DNA from: Bacillota bacterium | GTDB taxonomy: Bacteria > Bacillota > Clostridia > Oscillospirales > CAG-382 | DNA: 64,000 nt | Assembly: GCA_029550965.1 (NCBI GenBank) | Contig: JAKPGJ010000038.1 | Span: 3,057-67,056, forward strand | Direction of reading: 5' to 3' | Part shown: one piece after another, positions 52,318-60,984 of the stretch | Layout: each line of letters opens with the position of its first letter | Numbering within the stretch: position 1 is the first letter of the stretch | Made by a program: the position numbers and the translations under genes | The notes under the pieces: generated by a model | The model's database searches: none | Told to the model about the DNA's origin: nothing | What the model saw: the letters and a program-made list of their open reading frames with translations, nothing else

Positions 52318-53195
52318 CTCATCGTACCTGCTATCTGTTCCGCCATATATTTCATGTTATTGATGTAATCGCTCGAAAGCGGGTCGAGGGTAATCACTTC
52401 GCCGCCGATTTCCTCCGCGAACGCCTTCGGCTGTCTGCTGTCGCTTTCCTTCTGCGTGAATATCGCCTTTAAGCCGTTCTCCTTCGCGTAGTCGATTAAT
52501 TCCTGCAGATCCTGTGCGGTGGCTTCTCTGCCCTCGGTTTCGAGCGAGATCATCTCCAGTCCGTAATCGTTCGCGAAGTAGCCGAACGACGGATGGTAGG
52601 TGATAAACTTCCGCTTATCGCTCTGGACGTACGAGAACATATTCTGAATGGTGTTGTCCAGTTCCTCCAGCTGCGTAATATACGAGAGCGCGTTCACGGC
52701 GTAAACCTCGGCATGCTCCGGGTCCAGTTTTTCCATCTCCTCGGCGATGGTTTTTACCATCACGACCGCCCGTTTCAGCGACAGCCAAATATGCGGATCT
52801 CTGCCCGCGCCCTCGAGCGTCAAGTCGGGATACGCCTTCGCGACGACTTCCTCAAGCCTTACCAGCTTTTTCTTTTCGGCCTGAAACAGGCTTTTCGACT
52901 GCTCGGCGGGAACGCCGATGGTAAAATAGATGTCCGCTTTCGCGAACTCTTCCATCTGCATGGCAGTCGGCTCGTAGCTCTCGGGGCTGCTTCCCGGCGG
53001 AACGATGGTCAGAACATTGACCAGATCGCCGCAAACCGCCTTTACAAAAGCCTCCTGCGGCAGGATGGTCACCGCCACGGTCAGCTTTTTCGGCTCGCTG
53101 ATTTCGCTGGGCGCTTCTCGTTTGCATCCGTAAAAAAACGGTATCGCAAGGATCAGCGCAAGCAGAAAAATAGCTGCTTTTTTTGTTTTATACAT
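52296..53195 (-). CDS. znuA: Metal (Zn/Mn) ABC transporter substrate-binding lipoprotein (cluster A-I / TroA-like)
   Basis: 299 aa with a lipobox (PFFYGCKRE) and the conserved DPHIWLS and YHPSFGYF motifs. No His-rich loop is evident, so metal specificity is inferred only from the Zur-like neighbour. Confidence 0.85.
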   Translation of the reverse strand: MYKTKKAAIFLLALILAIPFFYGCKREAPSEISEPKKLTVAVTILPQEAFVKAVCGDLVNVLTIVPPGSSPESYEPTAMQMEEFAKADIYFTIGVPAEQSKSLFQAEKKKLVRLEEVVAKAYPDLTLEGAGRDPHIWLSLKRAVVMVKTIAEEMEKLDPEHAEVYAVNALSYITQLEELDNTIQNMFSYVQSDKRKFITYHPSFGYFANDYGLEMISLETEGREATAQDLQELIDYAKENGLKAIFTQKESDSRQPKAFAEEIGGEVITLDPLSSDYINNMKYMAEQIAGTMRWTVTMG

Positions 53196-53213
53196 AGCAT
53201 CACTTCCCGGAAT

Positions 53214-53267
53214 TGCAAATAGTTTGCATCTGCATTTATTTTATCACAGTTCCGCGCTGCTTGTCAA
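53214..53267 (-). promoter_or_regulatory. znu operon promoter with an overlapping 6-3-6 palindrome (candidate Zur operator)
   Basis: Minus strand reads TTGACA (53267-53262), an 18-nt spacer, then TAAAAT (53243-53238). The palindrome TGCAAA-CTA-TTTGCA (53228-53214) lies about 10 nt downstream of the -10. Confidence 0.5.
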
Positions 53268-53334
53268 ATAAATCTTTATGACAAGAAAAAAGCGCATCCG
53301 CGATCAGCGGATGCGCCGTTGTTTGCGCTTTTAT

Positions 53335-54828
53335 TTACTCGAACGCGGCAACCGTCTTATCCATATCGGATTCAATCATATCCCGAATGGACTCAAACTT
53401 GGACGTAAAGGTGTTGCTGCCGCTGAACGCGATATTGTTCATAAACGCGGCGAGGCTGTTCGCATCGAAGTTGGTTCCGCCCCAGTTGTAAACAACGCCG
53501 AGGTCATATACTCTGTTGCCGAAGATGATGTCGAGCATTTCCTCAGATTCGTAGTCCTGAATCTTTCTGTCTTTGAGAAGAACCTGATAATAATTGTATT
53601 TGACAGTCTTGGTCGACGCCTGGCAGAGCGCGTCCAGGACAATGGCGGTTCTCTCCAGTTCCGGATTCGACAACGGAATCGCAGCGCAGGAAGCGTAAAT
53701 GGTGGAAACCATGGAATAATACTCTTCCTGATCTTCGCTGTACATCGGAATCGGAAGGACGCCGAAGTTGCATTCATACTCGCCGAGCTCCGGCAAATCC
53801 GCGATCGACATTGCGCGGAACAAACATCTCTTGTTCGCTACCGACTCGGTCGCGGCCTGCCATACGCTGGACTTGCCGGCCGCCTGCGCTTCCGACAGGA
53901 AGCTCTCGATATGTCCGGTAGCCTGCTTATCGTTTACAAGCTCGAAAATCTTGTTGAAAACATCTACGCCTTTTGCCGTATTGACGCTTATGAACGGCAT
54001 GTCGTTGTCGTCCTTGTTGGAAAGACGCTCGCCGGAACCGACAAACATGGATGTGACGAAGTTGTTGTTGATCAAAAATCCGTAAGTGTCGTCAAACTGC
54101 ATGCCGGGTTTGCCGTTGGAATCCTGCGTGATGACTTTCGCCATTTCCCTAAGCTTATCGATGGTCCATTTATTTTCCTTTACCAGCGTATAGGGGTTTT
54201 CGAGCTTATTGTCGTTGACGACGTCCTTATTGAACACGATTGCGTGCGTGCAGGCAAGGCTCAATAAGCTGAAGTCGCCGGTTGCGAAATAATTCTTGTG
54301 GTTAATGGACAAACCTTTGACAGAACCCTGGTCCCAGTAAGGCTCATCAAGATGGAGATACTCCAAATCGTTCAGGAGAACAAAGGTGCCCTGCGTCGCA
54401 AGGCTCGCGGCGGTGGGAATGTACGGCATAACGATGTCGTACTCATTAGAACCGCTCAACTGGCTGTTCTTGATGTTGTTCGCCATCTCGCCGCTGGCTG
54501 TGGTTCTTATTTCCTTCAGTTTTACGTTGAACCTTTCCTCAACGAGCGCGTTTCGGTTCGCGACCGCAGTGTTGATAATTTCCGGCGAATCCTCCTGCGG
54601 CATAATCTCAATAGACTTGTAGGTGGTCATGTAATCGCCCTCTACAAGTATTGTGATCTCCGCACCGCCAAAATCTCTTGCAGGCAGATTTCCGAACAGC
54701 GTCGTTTCGGAAGTAGTGCTGACCGTCCTGCTTGCCTCTCCGTCATCGGCGTCGGAACACGCGGCGAACAAAGAGGAAACCAGCGCGATCAATACCAGGA
54801 AAACTCCAAAGCGACCATACTTTTTCAT
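53335..54828 (-). CDS. Extracellular solute-binding lipoprotein, paralog 3 of 3 (orphan)
   Basis: 497 aa with a lipobox (LFAACSDA). Shared motifs are PYWDQGS, YFATGD, ENKWTIDKLREMAK and LDIIFGNRVYDLGVVYNWGG. Confidence 0.8.
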   Translation of the reverse strand: MKKYGRFGVFLVLIALVSSLFAACSDADDGEASRTVSTTSETTLFGNLPARDFGGAEITILVEGDYMTTYKSIEIMPQEDSPEIINTAVANRNALVEERFNVKLKEIRTTASGEMANNIKNSQLSGSNEYDIVMPYIPTAASLATQGTFVLLNDLEYLHLDEPYWDQGSVKGLSINHKNYFATGDFSLLSLACTHAIVFNKDVVNDNKLENPYTLVKENKWTIDKLREMAKVITQDSNGKPGMQFDDTYGFLINNNFVTSMFVGSGERLSNKDDNDMPFISVNTAKGVDVFNKIFELVNDKQATGHIESFLSEAQAAGKSSVWQAATESVANKRCLFRAMSIADLPELGEYECNFGVLPIPMYSEDQEEYYSMVSTIYASCAAIPLSNPELERTAIVLDALCQASTKTVKYNYYQVLLKDRKIQDYESEEMLDIIFGNRVYDLGVVYNWGGTNFDANSLAAFMNNIAFSGSNTFTSKFESIRDMIESDMDKTVAAFE

Positions 54829-54882
54829 AAATCATTCCTTTCCCCGGCTTTGGCCGGAAACTCACAATAATTATTAATTATT

Positions 54883-54911
54883 ATTATAATACTGTATTAA
54901 ATTTATGTCAA
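54883..54911 (-). promoter_or_regulatory. Perfect-consensus sigma-A promoter for SBP paralog 3
   Basis: Minus strand reads TTGACA (54911-54906), a 17-nt spacer, then TATAAT (54888-54883). Confidence 0.7.
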
Positions 54912-55034
54912 CACGGAGAACAGAAATTAAAAAACACTCTATACAAACATTTAAAAATATGATATACTTATTGTGGATATAAATATACTAATACAGCAGC
55001 TAACCGAACCCTTTGGTTAGACAGAGGTTTTGGA

Positions 55035-56033
55035 ATGTACGAAAAAATACTCTCATCCTTATCCATTGATTTTGTGCTCAAATTGTTTGGAACGCTTGAT
55101 ACGAACACCGAGAATATAGAAAACGCTTTTTCAGTCACGATCTCCAACCGCGACGGCGCGATTCGAATTACCGGTGAAAACCCCGCCAACGTCAACATGG
55201 CGGCCGCTTCAATCGAGCAGCTCGAGCGCATATCCGCGCTTTCCGACAACATTGACGAGAACAGCATCAATTACGTCATCTCCATGGTCAAAGAGGAGAA
55301 GCAGAACGAGCTCTCCGCCATTTACAACGACTGCATATGCCTTACCAACAAGGGAAAACCTATCATGGCGAAAACCGTCGGACAGCAGAAGTATGTCGAC
55401 GCCATTAAGAAGAATACGATCGTATTCGGCATCGGTCCGGCGGGCACGGGCAAGACCTTCCTTGCCGTCGCCATGGCGGTGACCGCGCTCAAACAGAAGC
55501 AGATTTCGCGCATTATTCTGACCCGCCCCGCGGTGGAAGCCGGCGAGAAGCTGGGATTTCTCCCCGGCGACCTGCAGAGCAAGATCGACCCCTACCTTCG
55601 TCCTCTTTACGACGCGCTCGGCGAAATGCTGGGACAGGAGAGCTTCGCGCGGCATCTGGAGAAAGGCATCATCGAAATCGCGCCGCTCGCCTACATGCGC
55701 GGCAGAACGCTGGACGACGCGTTTATCATCTTAGACGAAGCACAGAACACGACGCCGGAGCAGATGAAGATGTTCCTGACGCGTCTTGGAAACAACTCGA
55801 AAGCCATCGTCACCGGCGACGTGACGCAGATAGACCTGCCGTATATTAAGAAGAGCGGACTGGTCGAGGCGCTCTCCATTCTGGACGACATCTCCGGCAT
55901 CGAAATCTTTAAGTTCACCCACAAAGACGTCGTGCGCCATCCGCTGGTGCAGAAGATTATTCTTGCTTACGAGAAAAAGCAGAACGCCACCCAGACCGCG
56001 CAAAAGCGTTTTGTCAAAAAGAGGACCCTATGA
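55035..56033 (+). CDS. phoH: PhoH family ATPase (YbeZ-like)
   Basis: 332 aa with Walker A (GPAGTGKTFLAV) and ILDEAQN. It is the first gene of the conserved phoH-ybeY-era-recO cluster. Confidence 0.9.
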   Translation: MYEKILSSLSIDFVLKLFGTLDTNTENIENAFSVTISNRDGAIRITGENPANVNMAAASIEQLERISALSDNIDENSINYVISMVKEEKQNELSAIYNDCICLTNKGKPIMAKTVGQQKYVDAIKKNTIVFGIGPAGTGKTFLAVAMAVTALKQKQISRIILTRPAVEAGEKLGFLPGDLQSKIDPYLRPLYDALGEMLGQESFARHLEKGIIEIAPLAYMRGRTLDDAFIILDEAQNTTPEQMKMFLTRLGNNSKAIVTGDVTQIDLPYIKKSGLVEALSILDDISGIEIFKFTHKDVVRHPLVQKIILAYEKKQNATQTAQKRFVKKRTL

Positions 56034-56479
56034 CGCGAGTTTACTACGAAAACATCACCGACCAGGATATTCCGAAAAGCTATGCCGCTTTGATGAAGAA
56101 GGTCGTGCGCACCTGCGTAGAGGAACAGTATCCGGCGCACAAGTTCGAGGTCAACCTCACGATTTGCGGCAACGAGACCATCCGGCAAATCAACAAGGAA
56201 CAGCGCGGCATCGACGCGCCGACAGACGTGCTGTCGTTTCCTTTTTATGATTTCGATACGCCAGATATTACAACCCTTTTGGGCGATATCGTCATCTCCA
56301 TTGACAAAGCGAAAGAGCAGGCGGAAGCGTACGGACACTCCCTGAAGCGGGAGTTATGTTTTCTTGCCGCGCACGCCGCGCTGCACCTGCTCGGCTATGA
56401 CCATGAGGACGATAACGAGCGGGAGATCATGGAGGAAAAGCAGCGGAATATCCTGAACGGGCTCGGCATCAAACGATAA
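56030..56479 (+). CDS. ybeY: rRNA maturation endoribonuclease YbeY
   Basis: 149 aa with the zinc motif HAALHLLGYDH. It overlaps phoH by 4 nt. Confidence 0.92.
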   Translation: MTRVYYENITDQDIPKSYAALMKKVVRTCVEEQYPAHKFEVNLTICGNETIRQINKEQRGIDAPTDVLSFPFYDFDTPDITTLLGDIVISIDKAKEQAEAYGHSLKRELCFLAAHAALHLLGYDHEDDNEREIMEEKQRNILNGLGIKR

Positions 56480-56499
56480 AACTTCTTTTAAAAAGAGGT

Positions 56500-57420
56500 A
56501 TGACAGGAAACATCAATATTATGGAAAATACAAAAACTGCGTTTATACTCATTACCGGAAAACCGAATGTCGGCAAATCCACGCTGATGAACGCTTTGCT
56601 GGGCGAGAAGGTCGCGATCGTTTCCAGCAAGCCGCAGACGACGCGCAACCGGATTCAAGGCATCCTGACCAAAGGCGAAAAGCAGTATGTCTTTATCGAC
56701 ACGCCCGGTCTGCACAAGCCGAAGACGCTGCTCGGCGAGTATATGATGAAAGCCGTCGGAAGCGCGTCCGAGGACGCCGATATCGTCCTGTTTGTCATCG
56801 AGGCGTGCGTTCCCCTGAACAAAGCGGAGCAAAAAGCGCTTGCCAGCTATATGGACGCGAAAGCGAAAGTGATATTGCTGATCAACAAAATCGACAAGGT
56901 CAACAAAGCCGACCTCGCAAAGCAGATCGCCGAGGTCTCGCAGCAGTATGCCTTTCACGCGATTATCCCCATCTCCGCTTTGAACAACGACGGACTGGAT
57001 ATTATTTTTGAAGAGATAGACCCGCTTTTGACAGACTCGCCCCACTTCTTTCCGGACGACATCTCCACCGACCAGTCGGAACGCCAGATTGTCGCGGAAA
57101 TCATCCGCGAGAAGATTCTGCGCCTGACCGAGGACGAGATTCCGCACGGCGTCGCCGTCGTCATCGAGGAGTTCAAGGAGAAGAAGGACTTAATTTCGGT
57201 ACGCGCCGAGATTTACTGCGAAAAGGAGAGCCACAAGCGGATTTTGATCGGCAAAAACGGCGAGATGCTCAAAAAAATCGGCATGTACGCCCGGGAAGAA
57301 TGCGAAATGCTGTTCGGAACCCGCATATATCTCGACCTTTGGGTCAAAATCAAAGAGAACTGGCGGGACAAACCGACGCTGCTTTCCAATTTCGGCTATA
57401 ACGTAAAAGATTTTCAATAA
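56500..57420 (+). CDS. era: GTPase Era
   Basis: 306 aa with G1 (GKPNVGKST), G3 (DTPG), G4 (NKID) and a C-terminal KH domain. Confidence 0.93.
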   Translation: MTGNINIMENTKTAFILITGKPNVGKSTLMNALLGEKVAIVSSKPQTTRNRIQGILTKGEKQYVFIDTPGLHKPKTLLGEYMMKAVGSASEDADIVLFVIEACVPLNKAEQKALASYMDAKAKVILLINKIDKVNKADLAKQIAEVSQQYAFHAIIPISALNNDGLDIIFEEIDPLLTDSPHFFPDDISTDQSERQIVAEIIREKILRLTEDEIPHGVAVVIEEFKEKKDLISVRAEIYCEKESHKRILIGKNGEMLKKIGMYAREECEMLFGTRIYLDLWVKIKENWRDKPTLLSNFGYNVKDFQ

Positions 57421-57441
57421 ACAAAGGAAAGTCTGTTTTCC

Positions 57442-58197
57442 ATGCATCATAAGGTAAAGGGAATCGTAATCAAAGAGAGCCCTTACGGCGAAAACGGCAA
57501 ACTGCTCACCGTCCTGACCGAGCTGGACGGCGTACTTCTGGTCAAAGCGAAGGGCGCAAGGTCCATTCTTGCCTCCAACCTCAAGAGCGTGCAGCTTTTT
57601 GCCTGCTCGAATATGCTGCTTTACCAGAAAAACACTTCCTATACCCTTGTGGACGCCGAACTGATAGACGATTTTTACGCGCTGCGGGACAATATCGACA
57701 GCTTCGCGCTGGCTTCCTACTGCTGCGAGGTTGCCGGCAGCGTCGCCGTCCGCGGGGCCGACAACAGCTCGAATCTGCAGCTGCTGCTCAACACGCTGTA
57801 CGCCGTTTCAAGGGGAATGATTTCGGTCAAATTCGCGAAAGCCGTATTCGAGTTCAGGCTCGCCTGCATCCTCGGCTTTACGCCCGAAATATCCGAATGC
57901 GCCGGCTGCGGAAGCCCGCTGGAAACGAAAAAGGCCGGTTTTTTAGACATCGAGGACGGCGTTATGCTGTGCGCCGCGTGCAAGGAAAGCCCGGAAGCGG
58001 CAGGGCGAATGATTCCGGTTTCCCCGTCCGTTTATGATGCGTTGCGGTACATATCCGGCGCGAAGAGCGGCAGGATTTTCTCTTTTTTAATCGACGAAAA
58101 CGCTTTGGACGAGCTCGCGAAGCTGTCCGAGGCCTACCTGCACCTGCGCCTGGACAAAAAATACAAAACGCTTGATTTTTTAAAGACAATCATCTAA
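57442..58197 (+). CDS. recO: DNA repair protein RecO
   Basis: 251 aa with an OB-fold N-terminus and a CxxC...CxxC zinc motif (CAGCGS...CAAC). Its position after era is conserved. Confidence 0.88.
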   Translation: MHHKVKGIVIKESPYGENGKLLTVLTELDGVLLVKAKGARSILASNLKSVQLFACSNMLLYQKNTSYTLVDAELIDDFYALRDNIDSFALASYCCEVAGSVAVRGADNSSNLQLLLNTLYAVSRGMISVKFAKAVFEFRLACILGFTPEISECAGCGSPLETKKAGFLDIEDGVMLCAACKESPEAAGRMIPVSPSVYDALRYISGAKSGRIFSFLIDENALDELAKLSEAYLHLRLDKKYKTLDFLKTII

Positions 58198-58212
58198 TCG
58201 AGGACAATTACA

Positions 58213-60588
58213 ATGGGCAATTTTGACAAGAGTTTGAAAACTCTTGAATATGATAAAATACGAAAGATAGTATCCTCGCTTGCCGCGACCGAAGGCGCGG
58301 CGGAAGCGATTTTGAATCTGGTTCCGAGCGACGATATCGTCGCCGTCAACCGGCTGCTGGACGAAACCGCCGCGGCGGTCGGCATGATTACCCTAAAAGG
58401 CGCTCCGCCGTTCGGCGGCGTAAAAAACATCGCGCCCGCGGTGGACAGAGCCGAAAAGGGCGCCGTCCTGACCCCGCGCGAGCTGCTGGACATCGCGTCG
58501 ATGCTCCGGACCGTCGCCGCGCTCAGGCGTTACGCCGCTTCCAGAAACCAGACGGAGCCGGCGCTGGACGCGTACTTCGGCGCGCTGGCAGAAAACCCTG
58601 CTTTGGAGAAAAATATCAGCCGCGCGGTCGTCGCCGAGGACATTATCGCCGACGACGCGTCCGACAAGCTGTACCGCATCCGGCGGGAAATTAAAAAATG
58701 CGAGAACAGCGTCAAAGACGCGCTCGCGTCCTATACGACCGGCGCTTACGCAAAATACCTGCAGGAAAACATTGTGACCATGCGTTCCGGACGCTATGTC
58801 ATACCGGTCAAGGCGGAGTTCCGCAACGAGGTCAAGGGGCTTATCCACGATACCTCCTCTTCCGGCGCGACCTTGTTTATCGAGCCGCTCGCGGTGCTGG
58901 AAATCAACAACCGTCTGCGCGAGCTGAAAAGCGAAGAGCAGAACGAAATCGAGCGGATTCTGACCGAGCTGTCCGGTTTGGTCGCGCAGAGCGCCGATCT
59001 GCTTTATACCGATTACAAGGCGATTACCGACCTCGCGGTCATTTTCGCCAAAGCGAACTACGCGATTCAGACCGAAAGCATGCGGCCGGAGATTACGACC
59101 GACAAGAATATCAAACTGATCAAAGCGCGGCATCCCCTGATCGACAAAGACAAAGTCGTGCCCATCAGCGTTGAGTTCGGAAAGCAGAACAGCACGCTGG
59201 TGATTACCGGTCCGAACACCGGCGGCAAAACGGTTACTTTGAAAACCATCGGCCTGTTTGCGCTGATGGCGCAGAGCGGACTGCATCTCCCCTGCGCGCA
59301 CGGCAGTTCTCTTTCGCTGTTTACGTCGGTGCTCGCGGACATCGGCGACGAACAGAGCATCGAGCAGTCGCTTTCCACCTTCTCGTCGCACATGGTGAAC
59401 ATCGTCAGCATCCTGAACAGCTGCGACAGCGCGTCGCTCGTGCTTTTGGACGAGGTGGGCGCCGGCACGGACCCGGTCGAGGGCGCCGCACTCGCGATCG
59501 CGATTTTAGAATATCTAAAGAAAGCCGGCGCCGTAACCGCGGCGACCACCCATTATTCGGAACTTAAACTGTACGCGCTGGAAACCGAGGGCGTGCTCAA
59601 CGCCTCCTGCGAGTTTGACGTCGAAACCTTGCGTCCGACCTACCGGCTGATCACCGGACTTCCCGGCAAATCGAACGCCTTCGCGATTTCCCTGCGGCTC
59701 GGGCTGAATCCGACCCTCATCGACCGCGCCAAGGAACTGATGGCGGAGGACAACAAGCGGTTCGAGGAAGTGCTGACCCGGCTCGAGGACACCGAAAACA
59801 AACTGGAAAAGGAAAAGCAGAAAGCCGAGAAAATCAAAGCGGAAGCCGAAGCCATGCTCGCGGCGGCAAAAAAGCAGGCCGCCGAATTAAAAGCGAAAGC
59901 GGAAGCGGAGCTTGAAAAAGCGCAGGTTCAGGCGCAGCGCATCCTGACCACCGCGAAGGCGTCCAGCGAATATATATTCGACGAGCTGAACAAACTGCAG
60001 CGCGAGAAGGAAAAAGCGGACGCGAAAGAGCGGCTCGAACAGGCAAGAGCCGCGATAAAGAACTCCTTAAAGAACGCGTCGGCTTCCCTCTCCCTGACCG
60101 CAGAAGAAAACGACGACGATTACACCCCGCCCCGTCCGTTTCAAGCGGGCGACAGCGTGCTTTTGCGGGACGTCAACAAAACCGGCATGATCAAGAGCAT
60201 TGCCGGCGATACCGCTGTCGTGCAGGCGGGCATTATCGAGGTAAAAACCGAGCTTTCCAATCTCAAACTGCTTGAAGCGGACGCGGCGAAAAGCAAAACC
60301 GCGAAAAAAGGTTCTTCTACGTTTGTCAAAACAAGCGCGCCCGCAAAATTAGAACTCGACGTTCGCGGACAAACCGGCGAGGACGCGTGGTTCATGGTGG
60401 ACCGCTATCTGGACGAGGCAATCCAGAACAACTACGAAAACGTAACCATCATTCACGGCAAAGGCACCGGCGCGCTGCGCAACGCGCTCTGGCAGTATTT
60501 CCGAACAGACAAGCGCATCGCGTCCTTCCGCAGCGGCCGCTACGGCGAAGGCGACTACGGCGTAACCATTCTGACGCTGAAAAAATAG
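58213..60588 (+). CDS. mutS2: Endonuclease MutS2 (MutS ATPase plus C-terminal Smr domain)
   Basis: 791 aa with Walker A (GPNTGGKT), DEVGAGTDP, a long coiled coil and an Smr domain (LDVRGQTGEDA...IIHGKGTGALR). Confidence 0.93.
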   Translation: MGNFDKSLKTLEYDKIRKIVSSLAATEGAAEAILNLVPSDDIVAVNRLLDETAAAVGMITLKGAPPFGGVKNIAPAVDRAEKGAVLTPRELLDIASMLRTVAALRRYAASRNQTEPALDAYFGALAENPALEKNISRAVVAEDIIADDASDKLYRIRREIKKCENSVKDALASYTTGAYAKYLQENIVTMRSGRYVIPVKAEFRNEVKGLIHDTSSSGATLFIEPLAVLEINNRLRELKSEEQNEIERILTELSGLVAQSADLLYTDYKAITDLAVIFAKANYAIQTESMRPEITTDKNIKLIKARHPLIDKDKVVPISVEFGKQNSTLVITGPNTGGKTVTLKTIGLFALMAQSGLHLPCAHGSSLSLFTSVLADIGDEQSIEQSLSTFSSHMVNIVSILNSCDSASLVLLDEVGAGTDPVEGAALAIAILEYLKKAGAVTAATTHYSELKLYALETEGVLNASCEFDVETLRPTYRLITGLPGKSNAFAISLRLGLNPTLIDRAKELMAEDNKRFEEVLTRLEDTENKLEKEKQKAEKIKAEAEAMLAAAKKQAAELKAKAEAELEKAQVQAQRILTTAKASSEYIFDELNKLQREKEKADAKERLEQARAAIKNSLKNASASLSLTAEENDDDYTPPRPFQAGDSVLLRDVNKTGMIKSIAGDTAVVQAGIIEVKTELSNLKLLEADAAKSKTAKKGSSTFVKTSAPAKLELDVRGQTGEDAWFMVDRYLDEAIQNNYENVTIIHGKGTGALRNALWQYFRTDKRIASFRSGRYGEGDYGVTILTLKK

Positions 60589-60661
60589 ACCCAGAATACT
60601 AAAAAAACCGCTTTATTCCTGCTGATGGCAGACATTTTGGAAGAAAGGCAAGGTGTTTTCA

Positions 60662-60846
60662 ATGAGTAAAAAGCTGTACAGAATCAATGAAGGCACTGCG
60701 GCGTCTGCACCGGACTTGCAGATTATTTTTCACTGGACGTCAGTATCGTCAGGCTTCTGTTCGTATTCGGCGCGCTGATGGGTTTTGCGGGCGTTATCGC
60801 CTACTTCGCGGCGGCGTTTATCATTCCTGAAAAACCTGTCATATAG
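60662..60846 (+). pseudogene. PspC-domain small membrane protein gene, apparently frameshifted
   Basis: Frame 1 gives MSKKLYRINEGTA... and terminates early. A shifted frame continues with the canonical PspC body GVCTGLADYFSLDVSIVRLLFVFGALMGFAGVIAYFAAAFIIPEKPVI*. That frame has a TGA and no start codon upstream. The total length of 185 nt is not a multiple of 3. Confidence 0.7.
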
Positions 60847-60858
60847 TTTCTTTGAAGA

Positions 60859-60893
60859 ATCCGGCGCAAAAAAGCGTCGGATTTTTTTTTTTT
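60859..60893 (+). terminator. Rho-independent terminator
   Basis: ATCCGGCGC-AAAAAA-GCGTCGGAT (9-bp stem with one G-U pair) followed by a T12 run. Confidence 0.9.
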
Positions 60894-60984
60894 AAATTTT
60901 CAATGTAATACTTGTTTTTTAAGAAAATACACTTTATAATAGGTTAATGTGCTAAAGCGCGAAATGGTTTTTAGGAGGAACAAA

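Noticed and set aside
53278-54267. A 329-aa + strand ORF.
   Set aside because: It is antisense to SBP paralog 3, which has a lipobox, a promoter and two paralogs supporting it.
58393-59391. A 332-aa minus-strand ORF.
   Set aside because: It is antisense to mutS2.
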